From Chloroflexota bacterium (GTDB lineage: Bacteria > Chloroflexota > Dehalococcoidia > SM23-28-2 > JACOUE01), in the NCBI GenBank assembly GCA_016178045.1, contig JACOUE010000012.1:9832-73831 (forward strand): a stretch of DNA of 64,000 nt, written 5' to 3'. Every line of letters starts with the position of its first letter. Positions within the stretch are counted from its first letter, which is position 1. The notes under the pieces were generated by a model. It was not told the DNA's origin, searched no databases, and worked only from the letters and a program-made list of their open reading frames with translations. The position numbers were made by a program, and so were the translations under genes. Shown piece by piece: positions 1-9,549 of this stretch.

Positions 1-888
1 CCTTGCCGTCAGGGCGGCCGCGATCTCACGGTAGGCCTCCTCCTGGGCGGAAGTGAGCGTTGGCGGGGCGCGCTGGGGGTAGACCCGGCCGGCCAGGGGA
101 TCGCGGATGACGGTGACCTGCTCCAGGGCGACGGCCTCGCGCTCCAGCAGGCCGCGGAGGGCGGCGGGGGTGAGGCGGGCGCGGGCCCGTACTTCCGATA
201 CGGGTAGGAGCGGCCCCTCTTCGGCGAGGAGGCGCAGGGCGGCCGCCGCCCGCTCTCCTCGCGACGAGCCCGCCGCAAGGGCGCCCGCTTCCTCGCGGGC
301 CTGGTCCGGTGCAAGAAGCAGGCGAAGGTGGGGGACCACCTTCGGCCGCGCCCGCGGCCGCGCCAGCCGGTAAGACCGCTCGGTCAGTCCGCGACGCAGC
401 AGGCCCGATACTAGCCGCTGCGGGCTCCGCAGGTGCAGCGCCTTCGCCAGCGCACCGAGCTCGGCCCCGCCGCTGGCAATCAGCGCGCTGAGGGCCTCTC
501 GCTCCGCCTCGCCCAGGTCGAGCCGCTCCAGCTCTTCGCCGGAGACCAGCGGCCGCAAGTACGTGAGAGGCTTCTGCTTGAAGCCGGGCGGCAGCATCAG
601 CGAAACGCAGTCGAAGAGCGGGGCCAGGTAGTAGTCGGAGAGCCAGCGGGCGAGGACGGCGTGGCGGGGAAGGAGGAGGGGCTGGGGGTCGATGAGGGCC
701 CCGAGGTCGCGCGCCTCGGCGAAGGCGGGCGTCTCCGTCACCTCGAGCACCACGCCCTGAAGGGTGCGCTCACCGAAGGGGACGTACACCGCATGCCCAA
801 CGGCAGCGCCAAGGCCGTCCGGTATCCGGTAGGTGAAGGTCTGGCGGACGGGCATCGCCGCGTTGACGGCGACCTCAGCGAAGGCCAT
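1..888 (-). CDS. priA: Primosomal protein N' (PriA), N-terminal part; the gene continues beyond the window start
   Basis: Absent from the ORF track because it is open at the window edge. Minus-strand ATG at 888-886 reads MAFAEVAVNAAMPVRQTFTYRIPDGLGAAVGHAVYVPFGERTLQGVVLEV..., a typical PriA N-terminus. The frame stays open to nt 1. Confidence 0.7.
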   Translation of the reverse strand, partial: MAFAEVAVNAAMPVRQTFTYRIPDGLGAAVGHAVYVPFGERTLQGVVLEVTETPAFAEARDLGALIDPQPLLLPRHAVLARWLSDYYLAPLFDCVSLMLPPGFKQKPLTYLRPLVSGEELERLDLGEAEREALSALIASGGAELGALAKALHLRSPQRLVSGLLRRGLTERSYRLARPRARPKVVPHLRLLLAPDQAREEAGALAAGSSRGERAAAALRLLAEEGPLLPVSEVRARARLTPAALRGLLEREAVALEQVTVIRDPLAGRVYPQRAPPTLTSAQEEAYREIAAALTAR

Positions 889-910
889 GGCTGGGGCCAG
901 TATAGCGCGC

Positions 911-946
911 GAAAACCAAAACTGCCCCGGCCTCTCGCCGGGGCAG
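911..946 (-). terminator. Rho-independent terminator downstream of rplS
   Basis: 9-bp stem CTGCCCCGG/CCGGGGCAG (922-930 / 938-946). On the minus strand it is followed by TTTTGGTTTTC (911-921). Confidence 0.6.
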
Positions 947-967
947 GAACACGAGTAGCGATCGCTT

Positions 968-1552
968 TCAGGAGGCTGGCTGCTCCTCCTCTTCCGCCTC
1001 GCTCTCGCCTTCCGCTTCAGCTGCGCTCTCTGCCTCTCCTTCCGTCTCTTCGGCGACCTCCGCTTTCGCCTCCACCTTCGCTTCAACGGCGGCCTCAGCC
1101 TTTTCGACGGCTTCTTCCTCCGCCCCGGGGATCGCGGCCGCCTCTTCTTCAGCCTCCTCTTCGGCCTCTTCCTCCCCTAGCTCTTCCTCTTCTTCCGCCA
1201 CCTCGTAGGCCCAGCGGGTGCTGGCCTTGATCCGAGCCGCCTTGCCCACACGCTCCCGCAGGTAGTACAGCTTCGACCTGCGCACGCGGCCCAGGCGGGT
1301 GACTTCCACCTTGTCCAGGAGCGGCGAGTAGAAAGGGAACGTCCGCTCCACCCCCACGCCGTGGCTGACGCGGCGGACGGTGAAGTTGGAGTTGATCCCG
1401 CCCTGGCGCACGCGGATGACAACGCCCTCGAACATCTGGATCCGCTCCCGCTCCCCTTCTACGACCTTGGCGTGGACGCGGACAGTGTCGCCGGGGCGGA
1501 ACTCGGCGATCTTGGGGTTCTCCTTGAGGTCGATCAGCGAGCGGATGTCCAT
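968..1552 (-). CDS. rplS: 50S ribosomal protein L19 with an ~80-aa Glu/Ala-rich C-terminal extension
   Basis: [46 protein letters not shown]... matches the L19 core. Start trimmed to the ATG at 1552. Lies downstream of trmD, as in the conserved operon. Confidence 0.9.
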   Translation of the reverse strand: MDIRSLIDLKENPKIAEFRPGDTVRVHAKVVEGERERIQMFEGVVIRVRQGGINSNFTVRRVSHGVGVERTFPFYSPLLDKVEVTRLGRVRRSKLYYLRERVGKAARIKASTRWAYEVAEEEEELGEEEAEEEAEEEAAAIPGAEEEAVEKAEAAVEAKVEAKAEVAEETEGEAESAAEAEGESEAEEEEQPAS

Positions 1553-1568
1553 GGCAACCTCGCCCAGT

Positions 1569-2303
1569 TTACTGAGGGCCCAGGTTAAGGGCAAGCCACT
1601 CGCGTTCCTCGGCCGTGAGCCGGAGCTTATCGAGCAGGTCCGGCCGGCGTTTGGCGGTCAGGAGGAGGCTCTGGAGCCGGCGCCAGCGGGCGATCTCCTG
1701 GTGGTTCCCCGATAGGAGGACCTCGGGCACTTGCCAGCCGCGGAACTCCGGTGGCCGCGTGTAGTGCGGGCACTCCAGCAGCCCCTGGGCGAACGACTCC
1801 AGGACAGCCGACTCCGGATGGCCCAGGGCGCCCGGTATCTGGCGCACTACAGCATCGACGACGACCATGGCCGCCAGCTCGCCGCCGGACAGCACATAGT
1901 CGCCGATGCCGATCTCGTCCGTCGCCAGGTGCTCGTGCACGCGGGCGTCGACCCCCTCGTAGTGGCCCGCCGCCAGGATCAGACGCTCGTTCTTCGCCAG
2001 CTCCACCGCCACTGCGTGGGTGAAAGGCCGCCCGACAGGGGTGAGGAGGATGACCGGGGCCGCCCGCTCGTCCATGGCCTGGACCGCCGCCACCGCGGCG
2101 AAGAGGGGCTCCGGCTTCATCACCATGCCGGGCCCGCCCCCGTACGGGTAGTCGTCCACCGTCTTGTGCTTATCGATGGCCCAGGCGCGGATGTCGTGCA
2201 CGTGGATGGAGACGATGCCACTCTCGGCCGCCCGCTTGACGATGGACTCGTCGAAGGGGCCGCGGAACATGTTGGGGAAGATGGTGAGGACGTCGATGCG
2301 CAT
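1569..2303 (-). CDS. trmD: tRNA (guanine37-N1)-methyltransferase
   Basis: [25 protein letters not shown]...[15 protein letters not shown]...[13 protein letters not shown] are TrmD hallmarks. Start trimmed to 2303; an alternative ATG is at 2321. Confidence 0.9.
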   Translation of the reverse strand: MRIDVLTIFPNMFRGPFDESIVKRAAESGIVSIHVHDIRAWAIDKHKTVDDYPYGGGPGMVMKPEPLFAAVAAVQAMDERAAPVILLTPVGRPFTHAVAVELAKNERLILAAGHYEGVDARVHEHLATDEIGIGDYVLSGGELAAMVVVDAVVRQIPGALGHPESAVLESFAQGLLECPHYTRPPEFRGWQVPEVLLSGNHQEIARWRRLQSLLLTAKRRPDLLDKLRLTAEEREWLALNLGPQ

Positions 2304-2383
2304 GGCGCTGCCATCCGCCATCCTAAAGCATACGGCCTCGGGCCGTCGACGTGGGCCCGAGGCCGTGATGTTCGTTCGAACGT

Positions 2384-3049
2384 CTAGGCTGAGGCCGGCG
2401 CCGAGCCTGCCACCTCCCTCGACTTCCACCACATCGTGCCGCCGATGGCCAGGAGCCAGATCAGCACGCCCGGCAGGAAAATGAACCAGAGGAATACGGG
2501 AAGCCCAACGATGCCTACCAGCACTGAGAAACCGGCGAGCAAGCGGTGGAAGAAGGTCGCGCGAAGCATCAGGATACCGGTGATGAGAATCCCGATGGCC
2601 AATCCCTCGAAGGCGATGCCGTTGAACAGCTGGAATAAGGTCTGGAAGGCGTCGCCGTCCCGAAGTATGGCGGTTTGAGTGGCGCCGCTGGCCTCTACGT
2701 AGTCAGAGCCCAGGCCGCTCAAGACAACAAGCACGCCCTGGGCGAGGATGAACAAGACGGCGCCGACCAGCAGAAAGGTCGAGGCGAGGACCGCCCACGG
2801 TCGGTCCTCGTCCCTATGCGCATAGAAGAGGCCCAGGACCAGCGGTAACAGCAGGATTGGCGCGAACATTCCCCAAACCGAACTGAAGACGAAGGCGCCC
2901 CCGCCGTCGTCTATGCTAGCCAGCATTTCGGCCACGTCTTCGTTGTAAAGGTCAGCACCTGACGCCGCGCTTACCACGAAGCCAACCACGAGCGCCACCG
3001 CGAAGAGCAGCGCCGAAATGCCGGCCCACCTTATTACGTCGCTTCGCAT
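2384..3049 (-). CDS. Polytopic membrane protein, possibly DUF4386-like
   Basis: 221 aa with multiple hydrophobic segments and visibly lower GC. Similar architecture to the next gene. Confidence 0.45.
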   Translation of the reverse strand: MRSDVIRWAGISALLFAVALVVGFVVSAASGADLYNEDVAEMLASIDDGGGAFVFSSVWGMFAPILLLPLVLGLFYAHRDEDRPWAVLASTFLLVGAVLFILAQGVLVVLSGLGSDYVEASGATQTAILRDGDAFQTLFQLFNGIAFEGLAIGILITGILMLRATFFHRLLAGFSVLVGIVGLPVFLWFIFLPGVLIWLLAIGGTMWWKSREVAGSAPASA

Positions 3050-3062
3050 TTCCGACTCCTCC

Positions 3063-3809
3063 CTAACCCGCTGTCGCGCGAGCGGGCATAGCTTCTGGCT
3101 CCTCCGGCGCCCGCAGGAGCAGCCACGGGCCCAGCAGGATCAGCCAGGCCAGAGTCAGAAGGGCGTGGGCGATGATCAGGCCGAAGGCGCCGTCGGTCAC
3201 GGTAATGAGCCAGGTAAAGAGGCCCAATATGCCGCTAGCCACGGCCAGCCAGCCGAACGGCCACGGCGGCGTGACCGCCCCCGCCGGCGCCCAGGCGATG
3301 ATGACGCCGAAGGTGATCAACCCGGCACTCAGGGCCGTGAACGAGACCTGTGCCGTCATCGCCCCGAAGATTCCTACCGCCCGCGCTACCTCCAGGATGA
3401 CGGCATCGCCGGCCCCTATGCCTGCCGGCCCGCCCTTCTCCACGAAGTCCTCGGCCAGCTTGAGCATGACGAAATTGCTGGCGTCGGAGGCCAGGAAAGC
3501 GATGCCGTTGGCCAAGATGAAGGCGAAGCCGAACAGCGCCAGGATACGGCTGCGGTCGCGGAACAGCACGTAGAGCGCGGCCCCCGCGGCAAGGCCGATT
3601 ACGGCATCGACGGCGATGCTCAACGCCGTGGCCAGCACGAAAAGGGCCTCGTTACCGTTGATGTCGGTCAGGAACTCCTCCACCTCGTCCCTCTCGAACA
3701 CGTTCGCGTCGGTTACTCCGAACGAGAAAGCGATAGTAAGAATCAACGCCGCCGCCAGCAGCAGCAGCGAGAGTCCGGCTATGCGGCTGGTTCCCATTCC
3801 GAAGAACAA
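3063..3809 (-). CDS. Polytopic membrane protein, apparent paralogue of 2384-3049
   Basis: 248 aa. Same layout as its neighbour: an acidic stretch (EVEEFLTDINGNE versus [14 protein letters not shown]) followed by repeated TM segments. Confidence 0.45.
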   Translation of the reverse strand: MFFGMGTSRIAGLSLLLLAAALILTIAFSFGVTDANVFERDEVEEFLTDINGNEALFVLATALSIAVDAVIGLAAGAALYVLFRDRSRILALFGFAFILANGIAFLASDASNFVMLKLAEDFVEKGGPAGIGAGDAVILEVARAVGIFGAMTAQVSFTALSAGLITFGVIIAWAPAGAVTPPWPFGWLAVASGILGLFTWLITVTDGAFGLIIAHALLTLAWLILLGPWLLLRAPEEPEAMPARATAG

Positions 3810-3897
3810 CGCCCACCTCCTGCGCTAGGAACGCGCCTTCCCCTTAAGAACGAAGCGAGAATCTTCGAAGTTAACTTTACCTCGAGAGGTTTACGAA

Positions 3898-4398
3898 TTA
3901 TGCAAAGTTTCTGGGGTGCTCGGTCGCCTCGCCCCGCAGCAGCTCCAGGGCGTGGGGGAGGACGGGGAGGATAATGGCCAGGCTCTCGCGGACGCCGCGG
4001 GGGCTGCCCGGCAGGTTCACAATGAGGGTGCGGCCGCGCACTCCCACCACGGCCCGACTGAGCATGGCCATGGGGGTCTGCTTGAGCCCCTCCGCTCGCA
4101 TCGCTTCGGCCAGGCCGGGGACCTCCCGGTCGATGACCTCCAGGGTGGCCTCCGGCGTGACGTCGCGGGGGCCGAGGCCGGTGCCGCCCGTCGTGAAGAC
4201 GACGTCGAGGGCATCCCCGCCGGCCCAGCGGCGGAGGCGGTCCGCGATCACCTCCCGCTCGTCCGGCACGATCTCGTAGCGCTCGACGCTGGCTTCAATG
4301 GTGGCAACGAGTTCGCGGATGGCGGCGCCGCTGGTGTCCTCTCGCTCGCCGCGGGCGCCCAGGTCGGAGACGGTCAGAATGCCGGCGCGGAAGGGCAT
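3898..4398 (-). CDS. Molybdenum cofactor biosynthesis protein, MogA/MoaB family
   Basis: GILTVSD...VVFTTGGTGLGPRDVTPEAT...PGLAEAMR...LIVNLPGSPRG is the MoaB/MogA signature. Confidence 0.8.
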   Translation of the reverse strand: MPFRAGILTVSDLGARGEREDTSGAAIRELVATIEASVERYEIVPDEREVIADRLRRWAGGDALDVVFTTGGTGLGPRDVTPEATLEVIDREVPGLAEAMRAEGLKQTPMAMLSRAVVGVRGRTLIVNLPGSPRGVRESLAIILPVLPHALELLRGEATEHPRNFA

Positions 4399-4443
4399 AG
4401 ATAGGGAAGGGGAAAAACGTCCCTAAGAATATTGTGTAAGCAC

Positions 4444-4496
4444 TTGACAAAGCCCCCTGCATGGGGTCTAATGGGGCAAAGTGGGGAGGAGTGGGG
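4444..4496 (+). promoter_or_regulatory. dcw (Pmra-like) promoter with MraZ-type operator repeats
   Basis: -35 TTGACA (4444-4449), 17-nt spacer, -10 TCTAAT (4467-4472). Four direct TGGGG repeats at 4462, 4472, 4482 and 4492, exactly 10 bp apart. All lie about 100 nt upstream of mraZ. Confidence 0.7.
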
Positions 4497-4589
4497 GCTC
4501 TCCCACTTCCGTCAGTTTCTGAGCCCTAGCCCCATTTCGTTGGGGCAAATATACCACAGGGCCCCCTGGCAGGGAAGGGAACGGCCGCA

Positions 4590-5012
4590 ATGGCCTTTAG
4601 GGGCACCTACGAACATATGGTGGACGACCGGGGGAGGGTCGCCTTACCCGCCCGATACCGCCACGTATTCACCGAAGGCGTAGTTCTCACCATGAGCCCG
4701 GAAGGGTGTGTCGAAGTCTTCACGCCCGACGGGTTTGATGACATGTCGCAACTGGTCACGGCGGAGCCCGCGACGCACCTGAAAGGTCGGCGGCTGCGGC
4801 GCGGGTTTTTCGCCCGATCCTGGGACGCCGAGCTGGACCGCCAGGGCCGCATCCTCATCCCCGCTGACCTCAGGGAGACGGCGGGCCTCAACGGGGCCGT
4901 CGTCATCAGCGGGCGGAGGGAGTGTCTGGAGATCTGGAACCGGGAGCGCTGGGACGAGGAGATGGCCCAGGTGAGCTCCGCTTACCCCCAGGAGCTGGAG
5001 TCGCTGGAGTAA
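4590..5012 (+). CDS. mraZ: Transcriptional regulator MraZ
   Basis: MAFRGTYEHMVDDRGRVALPARYR... plus a second ...DRQGRILIPADLR... repeat (duplicated SpoVT/AbrB-like halves). First gene of the dcw cluster. Confidence 0.9.
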   Translation: MAFRGTYEHMVDDRGRVALPARYRHVFTEGVVLTMSPEGCVEVFTPDGFDDMSQLVTAEPATHLKGRRLRRGFFARSWDAELDRQGRILIPADLRETAGLNGAVVISGRRECLEIWNRERWDEEMAQVSSAYPQELESLE

Positions 5013-5019
5013 GGGGAAG

Positions 5020-5973
5020 GTGGTTGCAACTTTGCCCCCTGGAGAGATCCTGCTCCACACTCCGGTAATGGTTCGGGAGACGCTACGTCTCCTGGCGGTC
5101 CAGCCCGGCGGCCGCTACGTGGACTGCACCGTAGGCGGCGGCGGCCACGCCGAAGCGATCCTCGAGGCCGCGAGCCCGGGAGGCCTCCTCCTGGGCATCG
5201 ACGCCGACCCCGGCGCCATCGAGACGGCGGGCCGGCGCCTCGAGCGGTTTAGGAGCGACGCGCGGCTGGTGGAGGGAAACTTCCGCGACCTCGCGGCCGT
5301 CTGCCGCGACTTCAACTTCGTACCCGTGCACGGCGTCCTGTTCGACCTCGGGGTGTCGTCGCTCCAGCTGGGGGAGGCGACGCGCGGCTTCAGCTTCCAG
5401 GCGGAAGCGCCGCTGGACATGCGCTTCGGCGACAAGCAGGCCCTCACCGCCGCCGACATCGTGAACCGCTACGAAGAGAAGGAGCTGGCCGACCTCATAT
5501 GGCGCTACGGCGAGGAGCGGCACAGCCGCCGCATCGCCCAGGCCATCATCAAAGCCAGGCCGGTACGGACAACGACGCAGCTGGCAGAGGTCATCGCCGC
5601 AGGCGTACCGGGCCGGCGGCACCGGCCCGGCCGCATCCACCCGGCCACCCTCACCTTCCAGGCCCTCCGCATCGCCGTCAACGACGAGCTGGAGAACCTC
5701 GCACAGGGGCTGGAGCAGGCGCTGGAGGTGCTGGGCCCCGGAGGGAGGCTCGCGGTCATCGCCTTCCATTCCCTCGAGGACCGCATGGTCAAGCAGTTCA
5801 TCCAGCGGGAGGCGCGGGACTGCATCTGCCCGCCGAGGACGCCGGCCTGCGTTTGCGGGCACAGGGCGACGCTCCGCCCCGTCTCGAAAGGCGCCCTCCG
5901 GCCCTCGCCGGAAGAAGTGAACGCTAACCCGCGAGCCCGGAGCGCCCGGCTCCGCGCCGCCGAGAAGCTATAG
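5020..5973 (+). CDS. rsmH: 16S rRNA (cytosine1402-N4)-methyltransferase
   Basis: HTPVMVRETL...YVDCTVGGGGHA...LFDLGVSSLQL...RGFSF...SLEDRMVK...NPRARSARLR. GTG start at 5020; an alternative ATG is at 5068. Confidence 0.9.
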   Translation: MVATLPPGEILLHTPVMVRETLRLLAVQPGGRYVDCTVGGGGHAEAILEAASPGGLLLGIDADPGAIETAGRRLERFRSDARLVEGNFRDLAAVCRDFNFVPVHGVLFDLGVSSLQLGEATRGFSFQAEAPLDMRFGDKQALTAADIVNRYEEKELADLIWRYGEERHSRRIAQAIIKARPVRTTTQLAEVIAAGVPGRRHRPGRIHPATLTFQALRIAVNDELENLAQGLEQALEVLGPGGRLAVIAFHSLEDRMVKQFIQREARDCICPPRTPACVCGHRATLRPVSKGALRPSPEEVNANPRARSARLRAAEKL

Positions 5974-5986
5974 GGGGAGGTTCGAT

Positions 5987-6418
5987 TTGGCCACGGTCCG
6001 CAGAGCCCAGCAGTCGGCAGTCATCAAGGGGCTTCGCTCGCCCAGTCTCCCGATCCTCCTGACGGCGGCGGCGCTGGTCGTCGGCCTGGCAGCGCTTTTG
6101 CCAGTCGTCCAGTTCAGCGGCGCCACGACCACCAACGCCAACGTCCAGCAGTTGGAGAGGCGAGACGCGGACTGGGTGGCCCGCGTCCAGGAGCTGGAGA
6201 TAGACGTGGCCTCCCTGGGCTCGCTGGCCCGCATCGAGAAGGAGGCGAGGGAGCGACTGGGCATGGTGACGCCTTCGGAGACGGTGTACATCACCGTCCC
6301 GGTCCTGGGGCCGGAGCCGCCGAAGCTGCCCAGCCGGTTCCTGCCCCCAGAAGAGAAGCCGCACGCTTCGACCGCCTCCTGGTGGGACAACCTGTTCGGC
6401 TGGATACCTCTGGACTAA
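5987..6418 (+). CDS. ftsL: Cell division protein, FtsL/DivIC-type (single TM plus coiled coil)
   Basis: Its position between rsmH and ftsI. One N-terminal TM segment (LPILLTAAALVVGLAALLPVV), then a coiled-coil stretch and ...RIEKEARERLGM.... TTG start. Confidence 0.6.
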   Translation: MATVRRAQQSAVIKGLRSPSLPILLTAAALVVGLAALLPVVQFSGATTTNANVQQLERRDADWVARVQELEIDVASLGSLARIEKEARERLGMVTPSETVYITVPVLGPEPPKLPSRFLPPEEKPHASTASWWDNLFGWIPLD

Positions 6419-6427
6419 GGAAGGCGA

Positions 6428-8164
6428 GTGGCCAGACAACGTCGCAACGTCAGCTGGAGGGTGGGCCTCGTCGTCGCCGCGATCGTGGTGGCGACGGTGG
6501 TGCTGCTGGCGCGCCTCGTCCAGCTCCAGATCCTCGAGCACTCGCGCTACGCGGCCGAGGCCCGCCTCACCCACGTCGCTCAGGAGACGGTGGTTAGCCG
6601 CCGCGGCGCCATCCTGGACCGCAGCGGCTACCCGCTGGCGGCCAGCGTCGAGACGTACGACGTGATGGTGGAGAAGCGGGCGTGGGAGAGCGCCCAGGAA
6701 GCGCTGGAGGCCGCCACGGCCATCGCCGCCATCGCCGGGGGCGAGCCGGAAGAGATGGTGGCCGCCGTTTCTGCGACGGAGATTTTCGAGATTCCCGTCG
6801 CCCGCAGCCTGAACTACGAGCAGGCCGCCGAGGTGCGAAAGCTAGCCCTGGCCGGCGTCCGCCTGCTCCAGAGCAGCCGCCGGGTCTACCCGGAAGGCAA
6901 CCTCGCCGCCCAGCTCATCGGCTTTGTGGGGCGGGACAACACCGGCCTCAGCGGCCTCGAGGCGGACCTCGAGGACACCCTTGGCGGCAGCAAGGGCGAG
7001 CTCATCGTGGAGCGCGACGGCCTGGGCAACGAGCTGTTCCTGGGCACCCGCACGGAGGTGGCCCCTCGTCCCGGCGCCGACGTCGTCCTCACCATCGACC
7101 GCTACATCCAGGCCCTGGCCGAGCGGGAGCTGGACGCGGCCATCGAGACGAACAAGGCAAGGGGCGGGACGATCATCGTCATGAACCCCAAGACGGGCGC
7201 CATCCTGGCGATGACGAGCCGACCTTCATTCAACCTTCGGAAGCCGGACCTGAGCGACGAGTCGAAGCTGGCACTGCTCCGCAACCGCGCCATCACCGAC
7301 CAGTACGAGCCGGGCTCCGTCTTCAAGCTGGTCACGGCGGCGGGCGCCCTCGACGCCGGCCTGGTGAGCCCGGACACCTGGTGGTACGACTCCGGCGTCG
7401 CCGAGGTGGACGGCTGGACCATCCGCAACTGGGACTTCAGCGCCAACGGCTCGCAAACCGTCACCCAGATCCTGTCGAAGAGCCTGAACACGGGCGCCGT
7501 CTGGCTCAGCCAGATGCTGGGGCCCGACCGCTTCTACGACTACGTCCACCGCTTCGGCTTCGGCGAGATCACGAATATCGGCCTCACCGGCGAAGCGCCC
7601 GGCCAGATCCGCTCACCCGACAGCGACCCCGACTGGCGGGAGGTGAACCTGGCCACCAACAGCTTCGGCCAGGGGATCAGCGTGACCCCACTCCAGATGG
7701 TGTCGGCCGTGGCGGCCATCGCCAACAACGGCAAGCTGATGCGCCCCTACGTGGTGCAAGAGGTCGTAGGCGGCAAGGGCCGCAAGGTGACGAAGCCGCA
7801 GGTGGTGCGCCAGGCGATCTCCCCCGAGGCGGCCCGCACCCTGCGCCAGATGATGGGCGTTGTAGTGGAAGGGATCCCCAGCGCGTTCCTGGACGTGCAG
7901 GGCTACGTGGTGGGGGGCAAGACGGGCACCGCTAACATCGCCACCGGCAATGGCACCTACAAGGACAACAGCTACATCGCGTCCTTCGTGGGCATCGCTC
8001 CCCTGGACGACCCGGTCGTGGCCATCCTGGTGAAGATCGACGAGCCGCGCACGGTGCCCTGGGGAACCATCGTGGCGGCGCCCGCCTTCGACAGGATCGT
8101 GGAGGCGCTGCTGCCCTACTACAAGATACCGCCGGACGAGGAGGCGCTGGTCGCCCAACCGTAG
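6428..8164 (+). CDS. ftsI: Penicillin-binding protein 2B/FtsI-type transpeptidase
   Basis: PBP dimerisation domain plus transpeptidase motifs: PGSVFKLVT (SxxK), SKSLN (SxN) and GGKTGTA (KTG). Confidence 0.9.
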   Translation: MARQRRNVSWRVGLVVAAIVVATVVLLARLVQLQILEHSRYAAEARLTHVAQETVVSRRGAILDRSGYPLAASVETYDVMVEKRAWESAQEALEAATAIAAIAGGEPEEMVAAVSATEIFEIPVARSLNYEQAAEVRKLALAGVRLLQSSRRVYPEGNLAAQLIGFVGRDNTGLSGLEADLEDTLGGSKGELIVERDGLGNELFLGTRTEVAPRPGADVVLTIDRYIQALAERELDAAIETNKARGGTIIVMNPKTGAILAMTSRPSFNLRKPDLSDESKLALLRNRAITDQYEPGSVFKLVTAAGALDAGLVSPDTWWYDSGVAEVDGWTIRNWDFSANGSQTVTQILSKSLNTGAVWLSQMLGPDRFYDYVHRFGFGEITNIGLTGEAPGQIRSPDSDPDWREVNLATNSFGQGISVTPLQMVSAVAAIANNGKLMRPYVVQEVVGGKGRKVTKPQVVRQAISPEAARTLRQMMGVVVEGIPSAFLDVQGYVVGGKTGTANIATGNGTYKDNSYIASFVGIAPLDDPVVAILVKIDEPRTVPWGTIVAAPAFDRIVEALLPYYKIPPDEEALVAQP

Positions 8165-8184
8165 TAATCGAGTAACATAAGCTC

Positions 8185-9549
8185 ATGCTAGCGGTCAGAG
8201 ACGTTGCCGAGGGGCTGGGCCCGACCCTGGTGGCCCTGGTAGGAAGCCCCGAGAATGGGGGCTTTCCCCGGGTGATCATCGATTCCCGCCAGGCGGGGCC
8301 CGGCGACCTGTTCGTGGCCCTGCGCGGCGAGCGCGAGGACGGCCACGCCTTCGTGGCCGACGCCGTAAATCGCGGCGCCGCCGGCGCCATCGTTGCCCGT
8401 CCTCTGAACGACCTGCCGGAGCACGTCGCCTCCTTCCACGTCAGCGACCCCCTCTCGGCCCTCCAGCGTCTGGCCGCGTACTGGCGGGCCAGGCACCAGG
8501 TCCGCGTGGTGGGCGTGACCGGCAGCGTGGGCAAGACCACCTGCAAAGAGGTCATCGCCGCCGTTCTGGGCAAGCGCTTCGCCGTCCTCAAGAGCGAGGC
8601 GAACCTGAACACGGAGATCGGCCTCCCCCTGACCCTGCTGGGGCTCCGGCCCGACCACCAGGCCGCCGTCCTGGAGATGGCGATGTTCGGGCCGGGAGAG
8701 ATCGCCCTGCTCTGCCGCATCGCCAGGCCGGACGTCGGTGTGGTGACGAACATCGCGCCGGTGCACATGGAACGTCTGGGCTCCCCGGCCGCCATCGTCT
8801 CGGCCAAGGCGGAGCTGGTCGAGGCCCTGCCCTCGGACGGCGTAGCCGTCCTCAACGGCGACGACCGCGAGGCGGCGCGCCTGGCGGAGAGGGCGAAGGG
8901 CTGGGTGCTGCTCTTCGGCGCCAGCGAGCAGTGCCGCGTCCGCGGGAGCGAGGTAACCGGCCGCGGCCTGGAAGGGATATCGTTCCGGCTTACCTACGGC
9001 GAAGCCTCGGTGCCCGTCTCGACCCCGCTGCCCGGGCGGCACAACCTGTACAGCGCTCTCGCCGCGGCCGCCGTCGCCCTGAGCGAAGGGATGACGCTGC
9101 CCGAGATCGCCGAAGCGCTGGCTGAGGCCCGCTGCGAGCTGCGGCTGCGCACCCTGCCCGGGCCCAACGGCAGCACCATCATCGACGACACCTACAACGC
9201 CAGCCCGCCCTCGATGAAGGCCGCCCTCGACCTGCTGAGCGAGATGCCCGGCCGGCGCCTGGCCCTCCTGGGCGACATGCGCGAGCTGGGCGCCGCCGAC
9301 GAGGAAGGCCACCGCCAGGTGGGACGGCTCGCCGCCGCCACCGCCGACGGGCTCGTCCTTATAGGAGAGGGGGCGGCGCTGATGGCGGAGGAGGCGAAGG
9401 CGGCCGGACTCCGCGACGTCCGACTCCTTTTCGACAAGGAGGAGGCGGCGGACGTCCTGCGGACGGAGCTCAAGCGCGGCGACTACCTGCTGGTGAAGGC
9501 GTCGCGGGCGCTGGCCCTGGAGACCGTGGTCGAGGCCCTGAATCGATGA
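8185..9549 (+). CDS. murF: UDP-N-acetylmuramoyl-tripeptide--D-alanyl-D-alanine ligase
   Basis: GVTGSVGKTTCKE...EANLNTEIGLPLTLL...EMAMFGPGEI...NIAPVHMERLGS...DDTYNASPPSM matches the MurF pattern, not MurE. Confidence 0.9.
   Translation: MLAVRDVAEGLGPTLVALVGSPENGGFPRVIIDSRQAGPGDLFVALRGEREDGHAFVADAVNRGAAGAIVARPLNDLPEHVASFHVSDPLSALQRLAAYWRARHQVRVVGVTGSVGKTTCKEVIAAVLGKRFAVLKSEANLNTEIGLPLTLLGLRPDHQAAVLEMAMFGPGEIALLCRIARPDVGVVTNIAPVHMERLGSPAAIVSAKAELVEALPSDGVAVLNGDDREAARLAERAKGWVLLFGASEQCRVRGSEVTGRGLEGISFRLTYGEASVPVSTPLPGRHNLYSALAAAAVALSEGMTLPEIAEALAEARCELRLRTLPGPNGSTIIDDTYNASPPSMKAALDLLSEMPGRRLALLGDMRELGAADEEGHRQVGRLAAATADGLVLIGEGAALMAEEAKAAGLRDVRLLFDKEEAADVLRTELKRGDYLLVKASRALALETVVEALNR

Noticed and set aside
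889-910. A near-leaderless priA transcript: a TATACT-like -10 on the minus strand at 899-904, only about 10 nt from the ATG.
   Set aside because: There is no convincing -35 (that position falls in the rplS terminator stem). Read-through from rplS cannot be excluded, so this is too speculative.
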